From: an uncultured Clostridia bacterium
Lineage (GTDB): Bacteria; Bacillota; Clostridia; Christensenellales; CAG-138
Direction: 5' to 3'
DNA length: 64,000 bases
Assembly (NCBI GenBank): GCA_946411635.1
Contig: CAMKES010000001.1
Span: 3,168 to 67,167, forward strand
Each line of letters starts with the position of its first letter. The first letter of the stretch is position 1. A program made the position numbers and the translations under genes. The notes under the pieces are model-generated. The model was not told the DNA's origin and did not search any database. It saw nothing but the letters and a program-made list of their open reading frames with translations. Positions 1-8,295 of this stretch are shown piece after piece.

Positions 1-338
1 AGCTCGTCGGCGAGATCTGGGACGAGTCCGACGTCATCGAGGAGGAGTTCGTCGAGGTCGGCGAAAACCGCTACGAGGTCGACGGCGATATGCGTCTCAA
101 TGATTTTCTCGACGAGTTCGACAAGGAAGAGGAGGACCTCGACGACGACAACGCGACCGTCGGCGGCTGGGCGGTGGAACAGCTCGGCGGCTATCCGAAG
201 CTCTACGACAGCTTCGTATACGAGGATCTGACCGTGACCGTGCTGAAAAAGGAGCGCATGCGCATTCTGCGGCTGCTCGTCGAACAGGATCCCGACTGGG
301 TCGATGAAGACGAGGACGACGACGATGAGGAAGAGTAA
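1..338 (+). CDS. 3' fragment (start lies outside the window) of a CorC/HlyC-type transporter-associated domain protein (CBS-pair hemolysin-like / divalent-cation efflux family)
   Basis: The frame is open from base 3 (LVGEIWDESDVIEEEFVEVGENRYEVDGDMRLNDF..GGWAVEQLGGYPK..YEDLTVTVLKKERMRILRLLV) to the stop at 336-338. The pattern matches the CorC_HlyC C-terminal domain as I remember it. It ends in an acidic D/E tail. Confidence 0.6.
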   Translation, partial: LVGEIWDESDVIEEEFVEVGENRYEVDGDMRLNDFLDEFDKEEEDLDDDNATVGGWAVEQLGGYPKLYDSFVYEDLTVTVLKKERMRILRLLVEQDPDWVDEDEDDDDEEE

Positions 339-348
339 CGGCTGCGGC

Positions 349-834
349 ATGCGCCGCGTCGTGATCATCGGCTGTCCCGGCAGCGGAAAGAGCACCCTTG
401 CGCGCAAGCTTCGCGACAGGACGGGTCTGCCGCTCGTTTCGCTCGACAATCTCTGGTGGAAGCCGGACCGGACGCACGTTGCGCGCGAGGAATTTGACGC
501 GGCGCTTGCGGCGATCCTCGAAACGGACGCATGGATCATCGAGGGCAACTACAGCCGCACGTACGAGCCGCGCATCAAAGCGTGCGACACGGTGATCCTG
601 CTGGATTACGACACGGACCTCTGTCTGCAAAGCATTGAACAGCGCGTGGGGCAGGTCCGGCCGGACATCCCGTGGACGGAAACGGAGCTCGATCCGGAGC
701 TCGTCGATCTCGTCCTGCACCTTAAGGCGCGGAACGACCCGGTGCTTTCGGACCTGTTCCGCCGCTATGCGGACCGTACGATCCGGATCTTTCACGACCG
801 GGACGAGGCGGACGCCTGGCTGCAATCTGTCTAA
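349..834 (+). CDS. P-loop NTPase, adenylate-kinase-like / topology-modulation-type small kinase
   Basis: Walker A motif in MRRVVIIGCPGSGKSTLARKL. Size is about 160 aa. I chose the internal ATG at 349 because the upstream part of the ORF overlaps the previous gene. Confidence 0.7.
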   Translation: MRRVVIIGCPGSGKSTLARKLRDRTGLPLVSLDNLWWKPDRTHVAREEFDAALAAILETDAWIIEGNYSRTYEPRIKACDTVILLDYDTDLCLQSIEQRVGQVRPDIPWTETELDPELVDLVLHLKARNDPVLSDLFRRYADRTIRIFHDRDEADAWLQSV

Positions 835-837
835 ACC

Positions 838-868
838 AAAAAGCACTCCCGTCGGGAGCGCTTTTTCA
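838..868. terminator. Hairpin between convergent genes (bidirectional terminator candidate)
   Basis: gcactccc-gtc-gggagcgc stem (one mismatch) flanked by an A-run and a T-run. It lies between the stop at 834 (+) and the stop at 871 (-). Confidence 0.45.
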
Positions 869-870
869 TT

Positions 871-1224
871 TTACTTCGTTTTCGGACGAAACAGGACGGC
901 GGCAAGCCAGCCGAACAGGATCGCGGCGGAAACGCCCGCGGCGGTTGCGCTGATCCCGCCCGAGAACGCGCCGAGGATCCCGTGCGTCTTCGCGCCCTCG
1001 ATCGCGCCCTGCGCCAGCGCGCTGCCGAAGCCGAAAAGCGGCACGCTCGCGCCCGCGCCCGCAAAGTCGATCAGCGGCTGATAGAGCCCGAGTCCGCCGA
1101 GCACGGCGCCCGCGACGACGAACAAAACGAGGATGCGTGCGCTCGTGAGCCGCGTGAAGGAAAGCAGCAGCTGTCCGACCGTACAGATCGCGCCGCCGAT
1201 CAGAAACGCCCACAGATACTGCAT
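871..1224 (-). CDS. spoVAE: Stage V sporulation protein AE (SpoVAEB-type, 117 aa membrane protein)
   Basis: MQYLWAFLIGGAICTVGQLL..FAGAGASVPLFGFGSALAQG, typical SpoVAC/AE-family sequence and size. Its start overlaps the spoVAD stop (ATGA). Confidence 0.8.
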   Translation of the reverse strand: MQYLWAFLIGGAICTVGQLLLSFTRLTSARILVLFVVAGAVLGGLGLYQPLIDFAGAGASVPLFGFGSALAQGAIEGAKTHGILGAFSGGISATAAGVSAAILFGWLAAVLFRPKTK

Positions 1225-2252
1225 CAGTCCCTCCGTTCCAGCACGACCGCATGCGCGATGCCGGGAATGCTTTCGCCCTGCATGCCGCTCGTCGGGCTCA
1301 TCAGCGCGCCGGTCGCGAGAAACAGCATGCGGTTCACGCCGCCGCGTTCGATGCGGTCCAGAAGCTCCGCCGCCAGCACGACGGCCGAGCAGCCCGCGCC
1401 GCTGCCCCCGCACGAGAAGCCCTGCTCCTCGAGGTAGATGCTCGCGCCGCAGTCCAGATGCCGTCCCGAAAGCGCGAGCCCGTTCTTTTTCGCAAGGTCC
1501 AGAAGCATTTCGGTTCCGAACGTGCCGAGATCGCCGGACACGATCAGGTCGTAGTCGCGCACGTCGCTGCCGGTATCTCTGAGGTGCGCGAGGATCGTAT
1601 CGCAGCAGGCGGGCGCCATCGCCGCGCCCATGTTGTTCATGTCGGTGATGCCGAGATCGATCACGCGTCCGATCGTCGCGCCGGTCAGCGCAACGTGCGA
1701 GAACACCGGAAGCGGCACGTCCTGCGCGGACAAAAGCAGCGCGCCCGCGCCGGTCACGGTGCGCTGGGCCGTCGGCGGCGCGGTCGTTCCCATCTCCAGC
1801 GGAAACCGGTACTGCCGCTCGGCGGTCGAAAAATGACTGCTCGCGCAGCACAGAACGGGCGAGCAGAACCCGCCGTCCGAAAGCACGCCGCCCAAGAGAA
1901 GCGATTCCGCTATCGTCGAGCATGCGCCGTACAGGCCCAGAAACGGCACGCCGAGCTCGCGCGCGGCATAGTTCGCCGTGATCAGCTGGTTCAGAAGATC
2001 GCCCGCAAGCATCGCCTGCACGTCGCAGGGCGCAAGACCCGCTTTCTGACACGCCAGAAGCGCCGCCGTCTGAAACATCTTGCATTCCGCTTTTTCAAAG
2101 CTGTCCTCGCCGAATGTATCATCCTCGAGCACCGTATCGAACGTGCCGGAAAACGCGCCTTTGCCCTCGTTTCCGGCCACGATCGCCGCCGCGCTCCGGA
2201 TCCGCGGCTCACTCCGGAACAGCAGCGTCCGTTCCCCGATCCGTTTTCGCAT
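1224..2252 (-). CDS. spoVAD: Stage V sporulation protein AD (thiolase-fold)
   Basis: Translation MRKRIGERTLLF..GNEGKGAFSGTFD..LYGACST..GGSGAGCSAVV..LFLATGALMSPTS matches SpoVAD. I chose the ATG at 2250-2252, 7 nt after AAAGGAGG. The track's GTG at 2258 is too close to the RBS. Confidence 0.85.
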   Translation of the reverse strand: MRKRIGERTLLFRSEPRIRSAAAIVAGNEGKGAFSGTFDTVLEDDTFGEDSFEKAECKMFQTAALLACQKAGLAPCDVQAMLAGDLLNQLITANYAARELGVPFLGLYGACSTIAESLLLGGVLSDGGFCSPVLCCASSHFSTAERQYRFPLEMGTTAPPTAQRTVTGAGALLLSAQDVPLPVFSHVALTGATIGRVIDLGITDMNNMGAAMAPACCDTILAHLRDTGSDVRDYDLIVSGDLGTFGTEMLLDLAKKNGLALSGRHLDCGASIYLEEQGFSCGGSGAGCSAVVLAAELLDRIERGGVNRMLFLATGALMSPTSGMQGESIPGIAHAVVLERRD

Positions 2253-2275
2253 ACACACGCCTCCTTTTTCCGAAA

Positions 2276-2302
2276 GTATATCCGGATTCGCGGGGATGAT
2301 AC
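2276..2302 (-). promoter_or_regulatory. Candidate forespore-type (sigma F/G-like) promoter for spoVAD-spoVAE
   Basis: The minus strand reads GTATC-14 nt-GGATATACT, close to the remembered GTATA-N15-GGnnAnAnT pattern. It lies about 25 nt upstream of the spoVAD RBS. Confidence 0.25.
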
Positions 2303-2315
2303 GCGGGAGATTTTG

Positions 2316-2324
2316 TGATATAAT
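2316..2324 (+). promoter_or_regulatory. Extended -10 element (TGATATAAT) for the sigma-factor operon
   Basis: TG-n-TATAAT at 2316-2324, about 70 nt upstream of the ATG at 2396. The -35 is weak. Confidence 0.35.
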
Positions 2325-2395
2325 GCAAAAAAGTGAAACACTTCGGTCCGCTTATTCGTTATACAGGTGAACGGCAAGAGAAAGGAGGGCAAACG

Positions 2396-2857
2396 ATGAA
2401 CGAATTGTATGCGCAGCATTTCGAAGCGCTTGCCCGATTTTGCTCGACGCTGTACCGCGACCCGGAAAAAGGCGCGGATCTTGCCCAGGAGACCTTTCTG
2501 CGGGCGCTGGAGCACACGGATCAGCTTTCGGGACGAACCGAACAGGAACGGCGCGCATGGCTTTACCGCACCGCAAAGAACCTGTTTCTGGACGAGGCCA
2601 GACGAAACGCGCGGTTCCTCAAACGGCAGCAGCTGCTGTATGAGGGAGAAGGCGCGGAGGAGCCCGGTTACGCGCAGACGGAAGCCTGCCTGCTGCTGAA
2701 CCGGCTGCCGGCGGAACTGCAGACGCTGATGCGGCTTCGCTACGTCGAGGGATACAGCGCCGCGGAGCTCGGTGAGCTTTTTCATATGCCGCCGGCAACC
2801 GTGCGCACCAAGCTCATGCGGGCAAGACAATTGCTGAAAAAGGAGTTATTTCTATGA
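2396..2857 (+). CDS. Sigma-70 family RNA polymerase sigma factor (ECF-like, 153 aa)
   Basis: Region 2 (DLAQETFLRALEH..WLYRTAKNLFLDEARR) and region 4 (LPAELQTLMRLRYVEGYSAAELGELFHMPPATVRTKLMRARQLLKKEL). RBS AAAGGAGGG lies upstream of the ATG at 2396. Confidence 0.85.
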   Translation: MNELYAQHFEALARFCSTLYRDPEKGADLAQETFLRALEHTDQLSGRTEQERRAWLYRTAKNLFLDEARRNARFLKRQQLLYEGEGAEEPGYAQTEACLLLNRLPAELQTLMRLRYVEGYSAAELGELFHMPPATVRTKLMRARQLLKKELFL

Positions 2858-3015
2858 ATCTTCGAAAACAAATGCAGACCGCGCCCGGATACCGGGAGGA
2901 GCGGATCGGTCGGGAACGGATCGAAACGTATCGGAGAAGCTTCCCCGCATGGACTGCGGAGGGGATCCTGCTTCCGGCGGAGCGGTTCACAGAGGAAAAA
3001 ATCGGCAGACGATAA
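2854..3015 (+). CDS. Small ORF (53 aa) translationally coupled to the sigma factor; function unknown
   Basis: Its ATG overlaps the sigma stop (ATGA). Translation is MNLRKQMQTAPGYREERIGRERIETYRRSFPAWTAEGILLPAERFTEEKIGRR. It is below the ORF-track size cutoff. I see no TM segment and no zinc motif. Confidence 0.35.
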   Translation: MNLRKQMQTAPGYREERIGRERIETYRRSFPAWTAEGILLPAERFTEEKIGRR

Positions 3016-3031
3016 AACGGAGGGAAATACG

Positions 3032-4249
3032 ATGAAAAGAATGATGGTAAACTGTGCGGTATGCGACATGCGGAGCGTGTCGGAGGAAACGCTGAAACAC
3101 TATGAGCAGATCACGGTCAACGCCGCGACGGTGATCGTGACGCCGGAGAAGAAGGACCTGATCAACCGGTACAACGTGATGATGAACGCGGCGGACGTGA
3201 TCGAAGTGCCCGCGGGCGAAAACGTCCGGATCGTCAGTCAGAACGGCTCGTACGAGCTGACGGCGGAACGCGCGCCGCAGGACGGGGAAAAGGTGATCCT
3301 GTTCGTCAACGGCATGCTGAACGTGAACGCCGACGCCGCGGAGGCGGCCGCAAAATACGAGCAGATCCGGGTGAACGGCTCGGTCGTGATGCCGAAGAGC
3401 ATTTCCGGCAGACTGCACAATCTGAACGTGAACGGCTCGGTCAACACCTATCCGGACGGTGCGATCCGGCTGAATCGCAACGCGGAGATCGATAAACTCT
3501 TCCCGCTTCGCGCAAAGGAGAACGCGCTCTACTGGGCGTCCCGAAGGCTGCTCTTCACCGACCTTGCGCTCGACACGGAAAAGCTCCGCGATCGGAACGT
3601 GCGCTTTGCGGCCAGGACCGCGCTGATCGCGGAATCGCTCGCCGAGGCGGTCGTGCCGATGCTCTCGGAGGACACGGACATTCTGATCGTGCCGGACGGA
3701 ACGAAGTTCTTCGGCTTCGACGCAAGGATGAACAAGCGGTTTTTGAAGAAGTTCGGACCGAAGGTGTACATCAACGGAGATCTGACCGTCGAGGAGGACG
3801 CTGCGGAGATCCTCAAAGCGATCGAATACCTGTACGTGAACGGCGACGTGAAGCTGCCCGAAGCGCTTCTGGACGCGTTCGAGGAGATCGACGCGCACTA
3901 TGACGAGATCGTGATCCAAAAGAAGACCGGCAAGGTCATCGAGGACAACGTGCGCGTGACCGTGGATAAGGCGCTGCTCGAAAAGTACGCGGACGGGATC
4001 CTGGTGACGGACTGCGCCGTAGTGCACATTGCAAAGGACGTGCCGAGCGAACTGATCCTCGAGCGTCTCTCGATCGCAGACTGCGCGCAGGTGTTTTGCA
4101 CCGAGGAACAGGAGGCGGCGGTCGGCGCGGTTTCGAAGGACGTCGCTTCGATCGGCGGCGCGGACGAGAGCCTGAAGGACATGATCACCGGCGCGGGGCA
4201 CGCCTTCCCCGGCTTCAAGGTGATCAACGCGTCGGAGTACGTCATGTGA
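3032..4249 (+). CDS. Hypothetical 405-aa soluble protein with recurring I/V-x-VNG-x-V strand-like motifs
   Basis: GGAGGG RBS 8 nt upstream. The opposite-strand ORFs are Arg-rich artefacts. Repeated motifs: ITVNAATV, FVNGMLNV, IRVNGSVV, LNVNGSVN, YINGDLTV, YVNGDVKL. I do not recognise the family. Confidence 0.6.
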   Translation: MKRMMVNCAVCDMRSVSEETLKHYEQITVNAATVIVTPEKKDLINRYNVMMNAADVIEVPAGENVRIVSQNGSYELTAERAPQDGEKVILFVNGMLNVNADAAEAAAKYEQIRVNGSVVMPKSISGRLHNLNVNGSVNTYPDGAIRLNRNAEIDKLFPLRAKENALYWASRRLLFTDLALDTEKLRDRNVRFAARTALIAESLAEAVVPMLSEDTDILIVPDGTKFFGFDARMNKRFLKKFGPKVYINGDLTVEEDAAEILKAIEYLYVNGDVKLPEALLDAFEEIDAHYDEIVIQKKTGKVIEDNVRVTVDKALLEKYADGILVTDCAVVHIAKDVPSELILERLSIADCAQVFCTEEQEAAVGAVSKDVASIGGADESLKDMITGAGHAFPGFKVINASEYVM

Positions 4250-4281
4250 TGCGGACCGCCCGATAAAAGATGCCTTAAAAT

Positions 4282-4313
4282 CCGCCCGCGGGTGTTGAAC
4301 CTGCGGGCGGTTT
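4282..4313 (+). terminator. Rho-independent terminator after the sigma-operon
   Basis: ccgcccgcggg..cctgcgggcgg stem followed by TTTG. Confidence 0.55.
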
Positions 4314-4350
4314 GTGGTAAGATAAGAAAAAACCACAGGGGGGACATGAT

Positions 4351-6150
4351 ATGAACCTGAATCACGTGACCGACGACGTGCTGTACGTCGGCGTCAACGA
4401 CCATGCGGTCGATCTGTTCGAGGGACAGTACGTCGTTCCGAACGGCATGGCATACAATTCCTACGTCGTCATGGACAGGAAGATCGCGGTGTTCGACACC
4501 GTCGACGCGCGCTTCAAGCACGAATGGCTCGACAATCTCGAAACCGCGCTTGCGGGCAGAAAGCCGGATTATCTGATCGTGCAGCACATGGAGCCGGACC
4601 ACTCGGCGAACATCATGACGTTTGCGAACCAGTATCCGGACGCGAAGATCGTCGCGTCGAACAAGGCGTTTACGATGATGCAGAACTTCTTCGGCACCGA
4701 CTTTGCTTCTCGCCGCGTCGTGGTCGGCGAGGGCGACACGCTCGAGCTCGGCGCGCATACGCTCGCGTTCGTGACCGCGCCGATGGTGCACTGGCCCGAG
4801 GTGCTCATGACCTACGACACGAAGGACAAGATCCTGTTCTCGGCGGACGGCTTCGGCAAGTTCGGCGCGCTGGACGTGGAGGAAGACTGGGCGTGCGAAG
4901 CGCGGCGGTACTATTTCGGCATCGTCGGCAAGTACGGCGCGCAGGTGCAGGCGGTATTGAAGAAGGCGGCGAATCTCGACATTCAGACGATCTGCCCGCT
5001 GCACGGACCGGTCCTCAAGGAGAACCTCGGCTACTATCTGAACCTCTATCAGACCTGGTCGAGCTACGGCGTCGAATCCGAAGGCGTGTTCATCGCGTAC
5101 ACCTCCGTTTACGGCAACACGAAGAAGGCGGTCGAGCTCCTCGCGGACAAGCTGAAGGCGAAGGGCTGCCCGAAGGTATCCGTCGCGGACCTCGCGCGCG
5201 AGGACATGGCGGAAGCGGTGGAGGATGCGTTCCGCTACGGCAAGCTCGTCATCGCGTCCACGACGTACAACGCCGACGTGTTCCCGTTCATGCGCACGTT
5301 CCTCGAGCATCTCGTCGAGCGCGGCTATAAGAAGCGCACGATCGGCATCATCGAAAACGGCAGCTGGGCGCCGATGGCCGCAAAGACCATGAAGGCGATC
5401 CTCGAGCCGTGCAAGGAGCTGAAGTATACCGAAGCGAGCGTGAAGATCATGAGCGCGATGAACGACGAGAACAAACAGCAGATCGAAGCGATGGCGGAGG
5501 AGCTCTGCGCCGAATACGAAGCGCGCAACAACGAGACCGCGAACAAGAACGATCTCACCGCGCTGTTCAACATCGGCTACGGCCTGTACGTGGTCACGTC
5601 GAACGACGGCAAGAAGGACAACGGCTGCATCGTCAACACGGTCTCGCAGCTCACGAGCCAGCCGAACCGCGTCGCGGTCTGCATCAACAAGCAGAACTAC
5701 ACGCACCACGTCGTGAAGTTGTCCGGCATCATGAACGTGAACTGCCTCAGCATCGAAGCGCCGTTCAAGGTGTTCGAGAACTTCGGCTTCCAGAGCGGGC
5801 GCAACGTCGACAAGTTCGCGAACTGCTCGCCGCTGCGTTCGGACAACGGGCTCGTCTTCCTGCCGCACTACATCAACTCGTTCATGTCGCTGAAGGTCGA
5901 GGACTACCTCGATCTCGGCACGCACGGCATGTTCATCTGCTCCGTCACCGAAGCGCGCGTCATCAACCGCGTCGAGACGATGACCTACACCTACTACCAG
6001 AAGAACGTCAAGCCGAAGCCCGCGACCGAGGGCAAGAAGGGCTGGGTCTGCAAGATCTGCGGCTACGTCTACGAGGGCGACGAGCTGCCCGAGGACTTCA
6101 TCTGCCCGCTGTGCAAGCACGGCGCCGCGGACTTCGAGCCGATCAAATAA
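4351..6150 (+). CDS. Multidomain flavodiiron protein: metallo-beta-lactamase-like diiron domain + flavodoxin domain + flavin-reductase-like domain + C-terminal rubredoxin
   Basis: N-terminus YVVMDRKIAVFDTV..VQHMEPDHSAN (diiron H-x-E-x-D-H). Middle part FIAYTSVYGNTKKAVELLA (flavodoxin-like). Next part YGLYVVTSNDGKKDNGCIVNTVSQ (flavin reductase-like). C-terminus GWVCKICGYVYEGDELPEDFICPLCKHG (rubredoxin CxxC..CxxC). Confidence 0.8.
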   Translation: MNLNHVTDDVLYVGVNDHAVDLFEGQYVVPNGMAYNSYVVMDRKIAVFDTVDARFKHEWLDNLETALAGRKPDYLIVQHMEPDHSANIMTFANQYPDAKIVASNKAFTMMQNFFGTDFASRRVVVGEGDTLELGAHTLAFVTAPMVHWPEVLMTYDTKDKILFSADGFGKFGALDVEEDWACEARRYYFGIVGKYGAQVQAVLKKAANLDIQTICPLHGPVLKENLGYYLNLYQTWSSYGVESEGVFIAYTSVYGNTKKAVELLADKLKAKGCPKVSVADLAREDMAEAVEDAFRYGKLVIASTTYNADVFPFMRTFLEHLVERGYKKRTIGIIENGSWAPMAAKTMKAILEPCKELKYTEASVKIMSAMNDENKQQIEAMAEELCAEYEARNNETANKNDLTALFNIGYGLYVVTSNDGKKDNGCIVNTVSQLTSQPNRVAVCINKQNYTHHVVKLSGIMNVNCLSIEAPFKVFENFGFQSGRNVDKFANCSPLRSDNGLVFLPHYINSFMSLKVEDYLDLGTHGMFICSVTEARVINRVETMTYTYYQKNVKPKPATEGKKGWVCKICGYVYEGDELPEDFICPLCKHGAADFEPIK

Positions 6151-6185
6151 CGTTCGGTCGGTCAGAAGAAAACTTTTCCCGCAAT

Positions 6186-6225
6186 AAAAAACCGTCTGTG
6201 AGTTTCACAGACGGTTTTGTTTTTC
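6186..6225. terminator. Bidirectional terminator between convergent genes
   Basis: accgtctgtg-agttt-cacagacggt perfect 10-bp stem with an A-run before and a T-run after. Confidence 0.7.
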
Positions 6226-6901
6226 AGTCCGCGATCGGAAAGAGCCCGTTCGGCAGGGCGGCGTTGACAAGGTCGAGCGCGGTCGGCACGAGCAGGATCA
6301 GCGCCATCGCGGCGAGCGCGGCGATATGCCCGGGCGTTTTCACGTGATCCTCGAGCACCGGCGCGAACGCTTTGACCTTTTTGAACGCCCATGCGGCGGC
6401 GGTGTAGAGCGCGCGGCCGAACACGCCGCCGAGCGTATTGCAGATCAGATCGTCCGCGTCCGCCACGCGTCCGACGAAGTACTGGGCGACCTCGATGCCG
6501 AGCGACAGCGCAAAGCAGAACAGCACGGTTTTCCACGCGCCCCTGCGGAGCGGATCGAAGACGCACGGCAACAGCGCGCCGAGCGGCATGAACAGACACA
6601 CGTTCCACATGATCTGGCTCGACCACAGCCCGCCGTCGTACTGCAGGGCGAAACGGAACGAGTCGCCGGGCAGCGGGTGCAGACGGTCGGACAGGGGCAG
6701 GTCGCTTCGCGTGACCGCCCAGAAGAACGTCACGTACAGAAGCGCCGCGAAATATCCCGCGAGCAGGTAGTTGCACAGATGCCGAATCCACGGATACGGT
6801 TTTTTCTTCACCTGCAGCAGGATCGCCAACGGCAGATACGCCGCCGCGGCGAGCACGGACGTCATCGGCAGAAAATGCACGGCGTCGAACAGATAGGACA
6901 T
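6224..6901 (-). CDS. VanZ-family membrane protein
   Basis: Multi-TM translation with NVCLFMPLGALLP and GIEVAQYFVGRVADADDLICNTLGGVFG, the characteristic VanZ-like motif. Confidence 0.7.
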   Translation of the reverse strand: MSYLFDAVHFLPMTSVLAAAAYLPLAILLQVKKKPYPWIRHLCNYLLAGYFAALLYVTFFWAVTRSDLPLSDRLHPLPGDSFRFALQYDGGLWSSQIMWNVCLFMPLGALLPCVFDPLRRGAWKTVLFCFALSLGIEVAQYFVGRVADADDLICNTLGGVFGRALYTAAAWAFKKVKAFAPVLEDHVKTPGHIAALAAMALILLVPTALDLVNAALPNGLFPIAD

Positions 6902-7006
6902 GTTTCGGTCTCCCCGGATTTGATGCCTCTATGATAACGCGCAAATGCGTCCGAATTGTCACAGAAACGCGAATAAGTTGTAAGGAAACGGTAACGAATC
7001 GGCTGC

Positions 7007-7035
7007 TGGACATCCCGGGCGGTTTGTGCTACACT
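7007..7035 (+). promoter_or_regulatory. Sigma-A-type promoter with extended -10
   Basis: TGGACA-17 nt-(TGC)TACACT. It lies about 190 nt upstream of the ATG at 7226, which implies a long leader. Confidence 0.4.
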
Positions 7036-7225
7036 TTCCCAAAGAACGGGAAGATTCCGCCGCGGTACGATCAACGGGGCTTTGAAAACGCCCCGGGGCG
7101 GCGCCTTCGTGCCTGAAAAAGCATACCGGTCCAACAGACGGTTGGATCGACTGTCAAACGGCGCGCTGGGATCCGGAGCGCCGTTCTGCTATCCTCTGAT
7201 CAGAACAAAACGGGAGGACAAAACA

Positions 7226-8248
7226 ATGGAATTCGGAAAACAGTTCAGGGAGCTCCGCACGGCGCGCGGGCTCACGCAGGAGACCGTCGCGGAAAAGCTG
7301 GGCGTGACGGGGCAGGCGGTCAGCCGTTGGGAACGCGGCGAAACGCTGCCGGACGTGTCGCTTCTGCCGGAGATCTCCGCATACTTCGGGGTCACGATCG
7401 ACGCGCTGTTCGCGCTTTCTGACGATACGCGCATGGAACGCATCCAGAACATGATCTGGGACGTCAAGGTGTTCGATCCCGCGGTCGTCGAGACCGAGCG
7501 GCGGTTCCTGCTTGAAAAGGGCATGAAAGAGCCGGACAATCCGGAACCGTACGCGCTTTTAGCGGACATGGAGAATCATCTTGCCAGGCAGTGCAGAGAG
7601 CGGGCGGAGCTTGCCGCGAGGGAAGCCATCCGCCGCGATCCCTACAACCGGCATGCGTTCGGCGAGATCAGCGACGCCATGGGCGGACGCGCCTCCGACT
7701 GGTACTGCTGGTCCCATCATCGGGAGATCGAGTTCTGGAAAGCGCACGTTGCGGCGTATCCGGACGCGTCGAGAGCGTACCTGTGGCTTTTAGACGCTTT
7801 GATCGACGATCAGCGCTTCGACGAGGCGAGGGCGTATCTTTCCGAAATGGCAAAGCACGAGATGACGTTCCGCGTGCCGCTGTATGAGGGCAACATCGAA
7901 TGGTTTGCGGGCAGCCGGGAAAAAGCGATGGAGATCTGGAACGGCATGTGCGAAACGTATGCCGACGAATGGCTCGTGTGGCTTTCCATGGGCGACGTGT
8001 ACGCACGGCAGGGCGCGTTCGAGCGGGCGATCGAAATGTATGAGAAGGCGATGGAAATCCAGAAACCGCCGCGGATGGTGGACGCGCTCGAGGCGATCGC
8101 GCAGGTATGCGAGCGTATGGGCGATCCGAAACGCGGGATCGAGGCGTTGGAGCGCGAGATCGTGATCCTGAAGGAGGAGATCAACACGACAAGCGGCGAG
8201 ACGGTCGATTCCGTCCGCCGCGAGATCGAACGGCTGAAACAGCTTTGA
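7226..8248 (+). CDS. XRE-family HTH transcriptional regulator fused to a TPR-like helical repeat domain
   Basis: MEFGKQFRELRTARGLTQETVAEKLGVTGQAVSRWERGETLPDVSLLPEISAYFGVTIDALF is a classic HTH_3 domain. The C-terminal part shows TPR-like A/Y/W periodicity (GDVYARQGAFERAIEMYEKAMEI). RBS GGGAGGA lies upstream. Confidence 0.8.
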   Translation: MEFGKQFRELRTARGLTQETVAEKLGVTGQAVSRWERGETLPDVSLLPEISAYFGVTIDALFALSDDTRMERIQNMIWDVKVFDPAVVETERRFLLEKGMKEPDNPEPYALLADMENHLARQCRERAELAAREAIRRDPYNRHAFGEISDAMGGRASDWYCWSHHREIEFWKAHVAAYPDASRAYLWLLDALIDDQRFDEARAYLSEMAKHEMTFRVPLYEGNIEWFAGSREKAMEIWNGMCETYADEWLVWLSMGDVYARQGAFERAIEMYEKAMEIQKPPRMVDALEAIAQVCERMGDPKRGIEALEREIVILKEEINTTSGETVDSVRREIERLKQL

Positions 8249-8254
8249 CGCAAA

Positions 8255-8283
8255 GAGCGGGGGGAGAGCCTCCGCTTTTTTTC
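8255..8283 (+). terminator. Rho-independent terminator
   Basis: agcgggg..cctccgct stem followed by T7. Confidence 0.55.
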
Positions 8284-8295
8284 GTGATCCGGAGC

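Noticed and set aside
3898-6120. 740-aa ORF on the minus strand
   Set aside because: It lies antisense to the flavodiiron-rubredoxin gene. The composition (R, V, D, L rich) and the lack of motifs indicate an artefact.
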